A model generated the notes under the pieces. The model had not been told where the DNA came from. It saw only the letters and a program-made list of their open reading frames with translations, and did no database searches. From Candidatus Micrarchaeota archaeon (GTDB taxonomy: Archaea > Micrarchaeota > Micrarchaeia > Anstonellales > Anstonellaceae), in contig JAOAKE010000002.1 in assembly GCA_026413805.1 (NCBI GenBank), positions 3,599-67,598 on the forward strand: a DNA stretch of 64,000 nucleotides, in the 5' to 3' direction. Both the position numbers and the translations under genes were made by a program. This document shows, piece by piece, positions 41,063 to 49,996 of this stretch (positions within the stretch are counted from its first letter, which is position 1; every line of letters begins with the position of its first letter).

Positions 41063-41509
41063 ATGGCAAGACTAAAAAAGCGAAACCGGAAGTTTTTAGG
41101 AAGCCGAAGCCACGGCAAAGGCAACGCCAAAAACAGGCGTGGAAAGGGCAATAAGGGCGGCTGGGGCAGGGCAGGGATGCACAAGCACCGCTATTCCTAC
41201 ATTACTGCCTATGAGCCTGATTTCTTCGGAGTCCATGGGTTTGTCCCTCCTAAAAAGCAAAAGCCAAAATGCATCAACTTGTGGCAAATTGACAGATATG
41301 CCGCCTTGGGCAAGCTACAAAAAAAGGACGGCAAGGATTACTTTGAGTTTAGCGGGAAAGTGCTTGGGACAGGAAGCATAAACCACCCAGTTATAATAAA
41401 AGCACTTTCTTTCTCAAGGGGGGCAGAAGAGAAAATAAGGGCAGCTGGAGGAAGGGCAGAGAAGCTTTCTTCCAGCGAGAAAGGCCTCAACACAATGGAA
41501 AAGAATTAA
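41063..41509 (+). CDS. rpl15: ribosomal protein L15
   Basis: L15 family (Gly/Arg-rich N-terminus). Confidence 0.9.
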   Translation: MARLKKRNRKFLGSRSHGKGNAKNRRGKGNKGGWGRAGMHKHRYSYITAYEPDFFGVHGFVPPKKQKPKCINLWQIDRYAALGKLQKKDGKDYFEFSGKVLGTGSINHPVIIKALSFSRGAEEKIRAAGGRAEKLSSSEKGLNTMEKN

Positions 41510-41517
41510 AATTTATG

Positions 41518-41527
41518 CTATAAAATA
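41518..41527 (+). promoter_or_regulatory. TATA-like box (CTATAAAATA) immediately upstream of the small membrane-protein gene
   Basis: An AT-rich box lies ~21 nt before the ATG. AAGGTGGT lies directly before the ATG. Confidence 0.3.
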
Positions 41528-41547
41528 TTTGTAAAAGGTGGTAATAA

Positions 41548-41907
41548 ATGCTAAATAGAAAAATAGCCATTTTGTCAGTTGCACTGCTGATGCTGGTTGC
41601 ATTGGCAAGTGCCCAGCGCAGCGGGCTTTCTGCGCTGGAGAACGCCATCAGGACATTATGCAGCAGCCTAAATGCCCTGCTTCCAGTAGTGGCAATGCTG
41701 ATGGTCTTGGTGGCAGGAGTAATATATGCTGCTGGGCAGATAATGGGTGCTGAAACCCGTGCAAGGGCAAATGTCTGGGCAACTGCTGCCCTGACAGGCG
41801 CACTAATAGCCCTTCTTATCTACTCTATCGCCCCGCAGATACTCTTCCAGCTTTATAACACAGGCAGTGCCACCAGCACAGACTGGATAAACCAATACTG
41901 CAGATAA
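41548..41907 (+). CDS. small secreted double-TM protein (119 aa), VirB2/TrbC-pilin-like architecture
   Basis: Signal peptide MLNRKIAILSVALLMLVALASA. Two hydrophobic helices (LLPVVAMLMVLVAGVIYAAG and AALTGALIALLIYSIAPQILF) are separated by a short polar loop. It is inserted between rpl15 and secY. Confidence 0.45.
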   Translation: MLNRKIAILSVALLMLVALASAQRSGLSALENAIRTLCSSLNALLPVVAMLMVLVAGVIYAAGQIMGAETRARANVWATAALTGALIALLIYSIAPQILFQLYNTGSATSTDWINQYCR

Positions 41908-41995
41908 ACCAATACTGCACTGCAACCGTTCCATAAAGCCTTCTTTTTTTGTTTTTCTTTTTCAGGCTTGCCTTATTTGAGTTCCCCAAAGCTAA

Positions 41996-42009
41996 TTATA
42001 TATAAATAT
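41996..42009 (+). promoter_or_regulatory. TATA-like element (TTATATATAAATAT) upstream of secY
   Basis: AT-rich box about 40 nt before the secY ATG. Confidence 0.3.
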
Positions 42010-42046
42010 TTTCACCATAAGCAGTGCGAGTTTAACTGCTGATTTT

Positions 42047-43555
42047 ATGGGCTCGCTTGATTTCATCCAGCCTGTTATGCGCTTTTTGCCAGAGGTTGCA
42101 CCGCCTTCTAGACCACCTACCCTTTCAGAAAAGCTGATGTGGACTTCTCTGGCGCTTGGAATATTTTTTGTCATGTACAATGTAGTGGCTGTCGGGGTGG
42201 AGCAGCACGCTGCAGGAATGGACTTTTTGCAGGTGGTGACTGCCAGCCGCATAGGCTCTCTGATTACTGTTGGAATCGGTCCAATTGTGCTTGCAAGCAT
42301 TTTCTTGCAGCTTTTTGCTGGAGCGAAGATAATTAACGTGGACATGTCCAATCCAGAAGAAAAGCGCAAGTTCCAAGCTACGCAGAAGCTTCTTGCCATA
42401 CTGCTTTGCTTTTTAGAGGCCACAATATTTGTGGTATTTGCGAGGGTGGCACTGATGCCCCTTTTCCCCGGAGAGGGCTATACCACAAACCTAGACGGTT
42501 CGCAAAGCCTTCATGCCCCACTTACCATGGCTATAGTGATATTCCAAATAGCCCTTGGCTCGCTCATTCTTCTTTATCTTGACGAAGTGGTTTCAAAGCA
42601 CGGAATAGGCAGCGGCATTTCCCTTTTCATCGCTGCCGGTGTCTCCATGGCAATAGTTGGAGGCACAATTGCGCTTTTTACAGGCCCTGGCGGGGTAATC
42701 GAAGCCCTTTCCTCTGGAAGCTCAGAGGCTCTTCCAAATGCCATTCTTGCCCTTCTCCCACTTTTCTTTACAATTGCAGTCTTCTTGGTAGTTTCGTATG
42801 CAGAAGGAATAAAAGTGGAAATACCTCTTGCATTTGACCGAGCGCGCGGGTTTGGAAGCCGGTTTCCAATAAAGCTTTTGTATGTCTCAAACATCCCAGT
42901 CATACTTGCCTCTGCCCTTCTTATGAACCTTCATCTTTTTGCAGTTGGCCTGCAAGACAAGCACCTCTGCATTACAGGGGAGTTTGACCCTACAAGCCAG
43001 GAGCTTAACAAGTGCAAAGGAGGAATAGACTTAGTGCAGCTGATAGCATTTGTTGATTCCAGCCATCAGATAAGGGATGGAGCGCTTTATTTGATATCGC
43101 CCATCTATCGCCCGCTGCAAGGAAACTACGGCGCTTACTTTAACCACATAATTTCAGGCCAAACCCCGGTATATGGCTTGCCAGAGTGGCTTCACGTAAT
43201 CGTGTATATTCTCTTCATGATGGGGCTTTGCATTCTTTTTGGCCAGTTCTGGATTGAGACCACGGGAATGAACGCGCAGGAAGTGGCAAAGCAGCTGGAC
43301 AAGTCTGGGCTTCAAATTCCAGGATTTCGCCGCGACCCGAGAGTAGTAGAAAAAAAGCTCAACGACTATATACCTTACATTACAGTAATCGGCAGCGCAT
43401 TTGTCGGCCTGCTTGCAGCACTTGCAGACATGTCAGGGGCGCTTGGCAGCGGGACAGGAATACTCCTGACAGTGGGCATCCTTTATAGGATGTACCAAGA
43501 CCTCGAGAACCAGCGGCTCTTTGAATCATATTCCCTCCTGAGCAAATTTGCATGA
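42047..43555 (+). CDS. secY: preprotein translocase subunit SecY
   Basis: 10-TM SecY family, in the conserved position after rpl15. Confidence 0.92.
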   Translation: MGSLDFIQPVMRFLPEVAPPSRPPTLSEKLMWTSLALGIFFVMYNVVAVGVEQHAAGMDFLQVVTASRIGSLITVGIGPIVLASIFLQLFAGAKIINVDMSNPEEKRKFQATQKLLAILLCFLEATIFVVFARVALMPLFPGEGYTTNLDGSQSLHAPLTMAIVIFQIALGSLILLYLDEVVSKHGIGSGISLFIAAGVSMAIVGGTIALFTGPGGVIEALSSGSSEALPNAILALLPLFFTIAVFLVVSYAEGIKVEIPLAFDRARGFGSRFPIKLLYVSNIPVILASALLMNLHLFAVGLQDKHLCITGEFDPTSQELNKCKGGIDLVQLIAFVDSSHQIRDGALYLISPIYRPLQGNYGAYFNHIISGQTPVYGLPEWLHVIVYILFMMGLCILFGQFWIETTGMNAQEVAKQLDKSGLQIPGFRRDPRVVEKKLNDYIPYITVIGSAFVGLLAALADMSGALGSGTGILLTVGILYRMYQDLENQRLFESYSLLSKFA

Positions 43556-43571
43556 GGCTGAGGTGTTGAGG

Positions 43572-44123
43572 ATGGCGATTACCATTGTTATGGGCGTCCC
43601 AGGCGCAGGAAAATCCACTGTCCTTGAAGCCATCAAAAGCAACCCCAAATGCAGGCTCGTAAATTATGGAGACCTGATGTTTGAAATAGCCGCAAAAGAA
43701 AAGTTGGCTTCTCATCGCGATGAGCTTAGGAGGCTTTCCCCTGGCAAGCAGCTTGAGCTGCAATCAAAAGTTGCTTCAGCCCTTTCTAAAATGGGCGGGA
43801 AGGTCGTCCTTGACACCCACTGCTCAATCGCCACTCCAAAAGGCTACCTCCCCGGCCTGCCATTTCATGTCATATCGCAGCTGAAAGTGGAACAGCTCAT
43901 TCTGATTGTAGCCCCAGTTGAAGAGATAATCGCAAGGCGCAAGAATGACACCTCGCGCCAGAGAGACTATGACAGCATCTCCTCTCTTAAGGCCCATGAA
44001 GAGTGGAACAAATTCCTGCTTGCCACTTATTCAGCCCTCTGCGGGGCACCTGCAAAAATAATTGTAAATTCAAACGGCAAGCTCAAAGAGGCGCAAGAAG
44101 AGCTCCTTTCCACTCTTGGTTAG
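43572..44123 (+). CDS. adkA: adenylate kinase, archaeal type
   Basis: P-loop GVPGAGKST. Conserved secY-adk order. Start chosen at MAITIVMG... Confidence 0.82.
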   Translation: MAITIVMGVPGAGKSTVLEAIKSNPKCRLVNYGDLMFEIAAKEKLASHRDELRRLSPGKQLELQSKVASALSKMGGKVVLDTHCSIATPKGYLPGLPFHVISQLKVEQLILIVAPVEEIIARRKNDTSRQRDYDSISSLKAHEEWNKFLLATYSALCGAPAKIIVNSNGKLKEAQEELLSTLG

Positions 44124-44133
44124 CGGTGCAGAA

Positions 44134-45213
44134 ATGATTTTTGATTTGTCAAATTTCTGGATATTTGTCCTAATCGTTGCTTCGCTTTATTTGCTAATCT
44201 TGAATTTTGTGCAGGATAGGCTTGGCTGGAAGTCTCGCCTCCAATCTCTTCAAAAAGAGATGGCTGAAAACCAAAAAAAGATGATTGAGGCTGCAAAGGC
44301 CAGGCGGGATGAAGAATACCAGCAGTGCACTGAGAAATACAACAAGCAAACGATTGAACTTATGAAGCTTCAGCTTAAGCTGACTGCCCTTTTCCTTGCC
44401 CTTTACTATCCTATAACTGCCATTATCTTTCCGGCATTTGAGCCAGGGTTTGGCGACGATGTTCACCTAAGGCTTTATGATGATGGGCTCGGGGCGCACT
44501 GCGACTTAGCGGCAGGAGACGGCATTTTTTCAGTATGCTATTCCCTGCCGCAGCAAGCAACGAAAGGAGCATGGGTAATAGACGGCTACCTAAACAGCAG
44601 CAGCGATTTTCTTGCAAGAGAAGGGACAGCAATCTATGTTGAGGAGGGCAAAAAAGAGGACGTTTGGCTCCAGTCGCTATCTGCAAAAGGCCCTTTGGAC
44701 TTTGCATTTGGAAAGGAGGCATATTCACTTTACATCTCAACAGACAAGGAGAAATATGCGGCAGGCGAGCAGGTCCAGATAGTTGCAATCCCGCAAAAAC
44801 AGGTTGCCTCGTGCGGCAAGACTCTCAGCGAAATAGTGCGCGCTTTCAGGCAAAAGGGGGCTGAACTTTCTGAAAAGGAAATAGGCGAAGTTGCAAACTT
44901 CACCCTCTCTTCGTCTGATTGGAAGCCTCTTTCAATAGGCAACAAAAGCTATTTTCTAAAAAGGCACCCCACTTTATTCGGAGAAGAGGCCCTAATTTTT
45001 GAGCCAGCGCTTCCTTCCAACCCCGCGGTTGAAGCAGTCCTCAACTCCGGCACCTTTTTCCACATTGACCTTCCCTTTGCGCTACCTTTATTAAACATCC
45101 GCCGCATAATCGGCTCTACCGGCGTATTCATATTCTTTGTCTTCGTGATAGGGCTGGGGTATAGCATTGCAAGCTCAGCCTACAAAAAATTCATGAAGAG
45201 CAGGGGTGCATAA
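44134..45213 (+). CDS. DUF106/EMC3/Oxa1-superfamily membrane insertase-like protein with a ~200-aa inserted extracytoplasmic domain and extra C-terminal TM
   Basis: TM1, then the coiled-coil LQSLQKEMAENQKKMIEAAKARRDEEYQQ...ELMKLQLK, then TM2 (LTALFLALYYPITAIIFPAF). This matches archaeal DUF106, which conventionally follows adk. The protein is 365 aa versus the usual ~200. Confidence 0.5.
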   Translation: MIFDLSNFWIFVLIVASLYLLILNFVQDRLGWKSRLQSLQKEMAENQKKMIEAAKARRDEEYQQCTEKYNKQTIELMKLQLKLTALFLALYYPITAIIFPAFEPGFGDDVHLRLYDDGLGAHCDLAAGDGIFSVCYSLPQQATKGAWVIDGYLNSSSDFLAREGTAIYVEEGKKEDVWLQSLSAKGPLDFAFGKEAYSLYISTDKEKYAAGEQVQIVAIPQKQVASCGKTLSEIVRAFRQKGAELSEKEIGEVANFTLSSSDWKPLSIGNKSYFLKRHPTLFGEEALIFEPALPSNPAVEAVLNSGTFFHIDLPFALPLLNIRRIIGSTGVFIFFVFVIGLGYSIASSAYKKFMKSRGA

Positions 45214-45544
45214 TGTGACTCTCCCAAAAAATCGTTCAAATTCGGTGCGCAAGGTAAAAAGGCGCGCTCCATCAGGCGAAGTGCACACGCTTTACAGAAG
45301 GAGGCAGAAGGGAAAGAGGCATACCTGCCCAATAAGCGGAAAGCCGCTTCAGGCAGTGAGCTCCTTGGAAGGCAACCTTTCAAGGCGCAGGCCTAACCGA
45401 AAATTCGGCGGGCAGCTTTCATCTGGCGCAGCCTCACGCATAATAGTCCTTGCCACGCGCGTCAAGGAAGGAGTCATGAAACTTCAAGACATAGACATCA
45501 AGCTTCTTCCTTATGTCAAGCGCTACCTTGCAAGAAAGAAGTAA
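45206..45544 (+). CDS. rpl34e: ribosomal protein L34e
   Basis: L34e family (RRRQKGKRHTCPISGKPLQAV). GTG start. Confidence 0.75.
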   Translation: MHNVTLPKNRSNSVRKVKRRAPSGEVHTLYRRRQKGKRHTCPISGKPLQAVSSLEGNLSRRRPNRKFGGQLSSGAASRIIVLATRVKEGVMKLQDIDIKLLPYVKRYLARKK

Positions 45545-45560
45545 GCAAAAGGAGGAGCAG

Positions 45561-46151
45561 ATGATAATAACAATCTCTGGCTTGTCAGGAAGCGGCAAAA
45601 ATACAATCGGCAGCATAGTTGCAAAAAGGCTGAAGCTTAGGCATGTCAACCCCACATTCAAGAAGCTGGCAGAAGAGCGCCGCATGGACCTGCTGGAATT
45701 CCAAAAAAAGGCAGAGGCAGAGCCCAGGATTGACAAGGAATTTGACGCAGCTTTGATAAAAGAAGTTGAGAAAGGCCCATGCGTTGTGACGACCTGGCTT
45801 GGCCCATGGATGATACTAAATGCAGACCTGCGTGTCTGGATAGATGCCTCGCAACAGACACGGGCCCAGAGAATTGCAAAAAGAGACGGCATGACTTTGG
45901 AAAAGGCGCTTGAGCACATAAGCGCACGCGACTCCTCAAACCGCTCAAGGTACCTCTCAATATACAATATAGACATCTGCGACCATTCGGGCTTTGACTT
46001 GGTGATAAATTCAGAGAAGTTCAAGCCAGAGCAATCTGCCCAGGTAATCATTAATGCTGCCTTGTTAAAGGCTGGAAAGCCAAAAAAAGGAAGGCCCGCT
46101 TTGCAGAAAAAGGTCCAAAGGAAGGCGGGCAAGAAAGTGAAAGGAAAATAA
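45561..46151 (+). CDS. cmk: cytidylate kinase (archaeal)
   Basis: P-loop GLSGSGKNT. Conserved L34e-cmk-L14e order. Confidence 0.82.
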   Translation: MIITISGLSGSGKNTIGSIVAKRLKLRHVNPTFKKLAEERRMDLLEFQKKAEAEPRIDKEFDAALIKEVEKGPCVVTTWLGPWMILNADLRVWIDASQQTRAQRIAKRDGMTLEKALEHISARDSSNRSRYLSIYNIDICDHSGFDLVINSEKFKPEQSAQVIINAALLKAGKPKKGRPALQKKVQRKAGKKVKGK

Positions 46152-46178
46152 GCAGTTTTTTGCAACGGAGGAATTTTT

Positions 46179-46367
46179 ATGGCGGCTATATCTGTTGGGC
46201 GCGTGTGCGTAAAGTTAAAGGGGCGAGACGCAGGCGAAAAGGTAGTCATAACAAAGATAATAGACAAGAATTTCGTCATGGTTCGCTCGGCTGCGAGGAA
46301 GAAAAACCCTGAGAGGCGCTGTGCCATTGTCCATCTTGAGCCAACCGAAACAGTAGTTAGCGCCTGA
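46179..46367 (+). CDS. rpl14e: ribosomal protein L14e
   Basis: KOW-type L14e (ISVGRVCVKLKGRDAGEKVVI). Confidence 0.85.
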   Translation: MAAISVGRVCVKLKGRDAGEKVVITKIIDKNFVMVRSAARKKNPERRCAIVHLEPTETVVSA

Positions 46368-46401
46368 TTTTTCAAAGCGCCTGCCGGCAAGGGTATTATA
46401 G

Positions 46402-47295
46402 ATGGCGCACCCAGAACTTGGCGAGCTTTTAAAATGCTCCTTTTTAATAGTTGACAAGCCCATCGGCCCTTCTTCTCACGAGGTCACTTCCTTTGTGCGC
46501 AAGATGCTTGGCGTTAAAAAGGCAGGGCATTCTGGCACCCTTGACCCGCAGGTTTCAGGCGTGCTTCCTGTCGGGGTTGGAAAAGCTACCCGCCTGCTTC
46601 AATACCTTGCGGCCAAGGACAAAAAATATGTCTGCCTGATGAAGACAGGGAGGAAGATGGGCAAAGAAGAGATAGAGCAGCTGTTTGAGTCATTCACAGG
46701 AACCATCGTGCAGACTCCCCCAAAAGAGAGCGCGGTCAGCAAAAAGCCCCGCCAACGCAAGGTTTTTTATATCCATCTCCTCCAATTACAGTCCACGAAG
46801 GTGCTTTTCGAGGTGCACTGCGAGGCTGGGACCTATATTCGTGTCCTGGTCTCGGATTTTGCTCCGCATTGCGGCGGTGCAAAGATGCTTGAGTTGAGGC
46901 GGATATCAGTTGGCCCGATAACTGAATCCTCTGCTCACACTTTGCAAGAGATATCTGACGCGATGTGGCTTGCACAAGAAAAGCGCGACGAGTCGGCAAT
47001 AAGAAAAATGCTTTTGCCGGCGTCTGAGGCGCTCTCCCTTCCGAAGATGGTGCTGCAGGACTCCGCTGTGGAGTCGGTCTGCGCAGGCTCAGGGCTTTAT
47101 CGCCCAGGGCTTCTTGGCTTTGACCAAGGCATCAATGAGGGGGAAGAGGTCGCCCTCATGACGAGGAAGGGGGAGCTGGTTGGCGTTGGGCGCGCAACAG
47201 CTTCTTCTTCGGAAATCACGAAAATGAAAAGCGGCTGTGTTGCATCGCCGCTTACAATAGTAATGGAGCGCGGAACTTACCCGCGAAAATGGTAA
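46402..47295 (+). CDS. cbf5: tRNA/rRNA pseudouridine synthase Cbf5 (TruB family, with PUA domain)
   Basis: The catalytic motif HSGTLDPQVSGVLPVGV and a C-terminal PUA domain are present. Confidence 0.88.
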   Translation: MAHPELGELLKCSFLIVDKPIGPSSHEVTSFVRKMLGVKKAGHSGTLDPQVSGVLPVGVGKATRLLQYLAAKDKKYVCLMKTGRKMGKEEIEQLFESFTGTIVQTPPKESAVSKKPRQRKVFYIHLLQLQSTKVLFEVHCEAGTYIRVLVSDFAPHCGGAKMLELRRISVGPITESSAHTLQEISDAMWLAQEKRDESAIRKMLLPASEALSLPKMVLQDSAVESVCAGSGLYRPGLLGFDQGINEGEEVALMTRKGELVGVGRATASSSEITKMKSGCVASPLTIVMERGTYPRKW

Positions 47296-47500
47296 TGGGA
47301 GGCGAGTGAGCCGGGATCGCATAACCTGGTAGTGCGCATGCCTGGAGTGTTTTTCCCGATAGCATGTGGTCGCAAGGCCGTATGGGTTCCGGCAGGTGCC
47401 CCTGAGTTTGTTGTTCTTGGGGCGTGTGCCGCCCAAAAAAGCTCAGGCGGGGAAAACGCCTGCCACAGGGCTGAAAGTCCCATTCCCGGCGCTTCCCTTT
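47296..47500 (+). ncRNA. candidate structured ncRNA (~200 nt) between cbf5 and rps13; possibly a reduced RNase P RNA (alternatively SRP RNA)
   Basis: The terminal helix GGGAGGCG(47297-304)/CGCUUCCC(47490-97) extends to CCGGGA(47311-16)/UCCCGG(47484-89). GNRA-like hairpin CAGGCG-GGGAAAA-CGCCUG. GCAAGGCCGUAUGGGUUCC resembles the RNase P J11/12 motif AGCAAGGCCAAAUAGGGGUUC. CCGGGAUCGCAUA is reminiscent of CR-I (GUCCGGGCUCCAUA). ACAG precedes the 3' strand. It is GC-rich and has no ORF. Confidence 0.35.
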
Positions 47501-47555
47501 ACTAAAGGAGCAATCATGGCAGAGGCTCGGAATTGCCAAGAATTAAGGTGAAAAA

Positions 47556-48239
47556 ATGCCTGAAGACTTCAAGAAAGCAGAGAAATATGAAGAGAAGAAA
47601 AAGGACAGGTCAGCTCCTGCGCAGCGCAAGCCGCCGCAGCAGGCAGGAAAGCCGATCATTTCCCCTTCGGGAAAAGAAGTGCGGGGAGTGGTTCGGCTTG
47701 CAGGAAAAGACCTCCGCGGAACTCTTCCAATCAACCGCGCCATCGTTGCTGTAAAGGGGGTTGGGATTAACCTTGGCACAGTCCTCTCTTCAATTGCAAT
47801 TGAGAAGCTGCAAGTGAATGACAAAACCCTCCTTGGCGAGCTTTCAGAGGAGCAGATTCACCAGCTAGAGCACATACTGGCGCATCCCAAAGAATACGGA
47901 GTTCCCTCGTGGATGCTAAACAGGCAAAAGGACTTGCTCTCTGGGGAAGACCTGCACCTGATAGGCTCTGATTTAACGTTTGCCGTAAAGCAGGACATTG
48001 AGCATGAAAAGGAAATTAACAGCTGGAGAGGGTTCCGCCACGCCTACGGGCAAAAGGTGCGCGGCCAGCACACCCGCAGCACCGGCAGGACAGGCATGAC
48101 CGTAGGAGTTCTTAGGAAATCTGTGCTTGCAAAGGCAGGTGCAGCCGCCCAGGCAACTGGGGCAAAGGCACAGCAGGCTTCTGCAGCTGCGGCAAAGCCC
48201 TCTGCTGCACCGCAAAAGAAAGAGGAGGCTAAAAAGTGA
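47556..48239 (+). CDS. rps13: ribosomal protein S13 with ~70-aa N-terminal low-complexity extension
   Basis: S13 core (GKDLRGTLPINRAIVAVKGVGINLG...). Ala/Gln-rich C-terminal tail. Confidence 0.88.
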   Translation: MPEDFKKAEKYEEKKKDRSAPAQRKPPQQAGKPIISPSGKEVRGVVRLAGKDLRGTLPINRAIVAVKGVGINLGTVLSSIAIEKLQVNDKTLLGELSEEQIHQLEHILAHPKEYGVPSWMLNRQKDLLSGEDLHLIGSDLTFAVKQDIEHEKEINSWRGFRHAYGQKVRGQHTRSTGRTGMTVGVLRKSVLAKAGAAAQATGAKAQQASAAAAKPSAAPQKKEEAKK

Positions 48240-48265
48240 GCAAATGATTGCTAAGAGGTTTTTCA

Positions 48266-48805
48266 ATGGGTGACCCACGAAGGATAAAAAACAAATATGA
48301 AACCCCGCGCAAGGTCTGGGATGCAGAAAGGATAAAGACTGAAAAGAAGCTTGCCAGCACCTATGGGCTGAAAAACACCCGCGAGGTTTGGATTGCCCTG
48401 CAGCATCTTAAAAAGGCAAGGCGCAATGCCATTCGCCTGATTGCCTTGGGAAAAGAGGGCATGGAAAAGGGAAAGCCGCTCCTTTCGCGCCTGGCAAAGC
48501 TTGGCTTGCTTTCAGAAAATGCCACCTTGGAAGACGTGCTTTCCATCACTGTTGAAAACTTCCTGGACAGGCGCCTTCAAACTCGGGTTGTGAAAAAGGG
48601 GCTTGCAAGAACGATGGCACAGGCACGCCAGCTAATAACCCATGGCTTCATTGCCATAAGAGGAAGGCGCGTCACCGTTCCATCCTACCTTGTCAATGCT
48701 GAAGAGGACGCCTACATTTCCTATTATCGCCCAATTGACATCTCTCCACAAGAGGCGAAGCCTGAGAGGTCTGCCGCACAGGCAGGGGCTCAAAGAGAAT
48801 CTTAA
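48266..48805 (+). CDS. rps4: ribosomal protein S4
   Basis: S4 family ([18 protein letters not shown]...). Confidence 0.88.
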   Translation: MGDPRRIKNKYETPRKVWDAERIKTEKKLASTYGLKNTREVWIALQHLKKARRNAIRLIALGKEGMEKGKPLLSRLAKLGLLSENATLEDVLSITVENFLDRRLQTRVVKKGLARTMAQARQLITHGFIAIRGRRVTVPSYLVNAEEDAYISYYRPIDISPQEAKPERSAAQAGAQRES

Positions 48806-49341
48806 TGGTGGTTTTTGTGGTTGACAAAAAAGAAGCAGCTCAAAGCGAGGCAAAAACCGAGGCACCAAAAGCCGCAAAAGAGGCTCCAGAGGCAGTTGCT
48901 TCCCCCCCTCCGCAGCAGCCTGCTGCCCAAGAACATGCTGAGGCACCAAAGCCGCGCGTGCAGAGGTGGGCAGTAGCGCATGTTTACTCTTCCAAGAATG
49001 ACACGATAATAACCGTTACTGACCTGTCTGGCGCAGAGACGATAGCAAAGGCTTCAGGAGGAATGATTGTAAAGGCAGACCGAGAAGAAGGAAAGCCATA
49101 TGCTGCCATGCAGGCTGCCATGCGCGTGGCAAACGAGGTAAAAAACAAGGGGATTACTGGCCTGCACATCCGAATTCGCGCACCCGGAGGCAATGGGGCA
49201 AAAACGCCTGGGGCAGGGGCGCAGGCAGTAGTCCGCTCGCTTGCAAGGATGGGGCTGAAAATAGGCAAAATAGAAGACGTTACCCCCATTCCAACTGATA
49301 CTACCAAAAGGCCAGGCGGCAGAAGGGGACGAAGGGTTTGA
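48805..49341 (+). CDS. rps11: ribosomal protein S11 with ~50-aa Ala/Pro/Glu-rich N-terminal extension
   Basis: S11 core ([20 protein letters not shown]...). Confidence 0.88.
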   Translation: MVVFVVDKKEAAQSEAKTEAPKAAKEAPEAVASPPPQQPAAQEHAEAPKPRVQRWAVAHVYSSKNDTIITVTDLSGAETIAKASGGMIVKADREEGKPYAAMQAAMRVANEVKNKGITGLHIRIRAPGGNGAKTPGAGAQAVVRSLARMGLKIGKIEDVTPIPTDTTKRPGGRRGRRV

Positions 49342-49353
49342 GCCGGTGATAGC

Positions 49354-49929
49354 ATGGATATTGAGATATTGCGCGAAAAGGAGAACAGGCTGGAGTTTTT
49401 GCTTAAAGGAACCTCTGTTCCGTTCTCCAACTTGGTAAGAAGGTATGTTTTAGGGCAGCTTCCAACCTTTGCAATTGACCGAGTGACCTTTTATGAGAAT
49501 TCCTCCGCGCTCTTTGACGAATACATTGCCCACAGGCTTGGGCAAATCCCAATTGTTTCAGACGTTGCCCGCCCAACAGATGAAATCACCTTCATGCTTG
49601 ACGCAGAGGGGCCAGCCACAGTTTATTCCAAGCACCTCAAAAGCAGTGACCCGAAAATAAAAGTGGCTTATGAGAACATCCCTATCCTGCGCCTGCTTGA
49701 AGGGCAAAACATACGCCTTGAGGCAAAGGCTCGGCAGGGGATAGGGCGAGCCCATGCAAAGTTCCAACCAGGCTTAATCTCCTATGAGATGCTCTCTGAA
49801 AGCGAGTTTCGTTTCAAGCTTGAAAGCTTCATGCAAATTCCGCCTCGCAAGATGCTTATGCAAACAGCGGATATCATAATTGAAAAATGCGAGGAGCTTG
49901 AACGCAAGCTTTCGGAGTTAAAAGAATAA
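49354..49929 (+). CDS. rpoD: RNA polymerase subunit D (Rpb3 homolog), short form (191 aa) lacking the Cys-rich Fe-S domain
   Basis: Rpb3 dimerisation-domain sequence. Conserved S11-rpoD order. No cysteine cluster. Confidence 0.82.
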   Translation: MDIEILREKENRLEFLLKGTSVPFSNLVRRYVLGQLPTFAIDRVTFYENSSALFDEYIAHRLGQIPIVSDVARPTDEITFMLDAEGPATVYSKHLKSSDPKIKVAYENIPILRLLEGQNIRLEAKARQGIGRAHAKFQPGLISYEMLSESEFRFKLESFMQIPPRKMLMQTADIIIEKCEELERKLSELKE

Positions 49930-49996
49930 CTAGCTAAAAATTGCATGCGCAAAAGAAATAAAAAGGGGGCGATGTAGCAAGTTGAAATTAGAGGTT

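Noticed and set aside
47471-47480. GAAAGTCC string resembling the RNase P CR-I GGAAAGUCCGG near the 3' end of the 47296–47500 RNA candidate
   Set aside because: It is in the wrong position for CR-I, which lies near the 5' end of RNase P RNAs. It was not used as evidence. The RNase P interpretation remains tentative for this reason.
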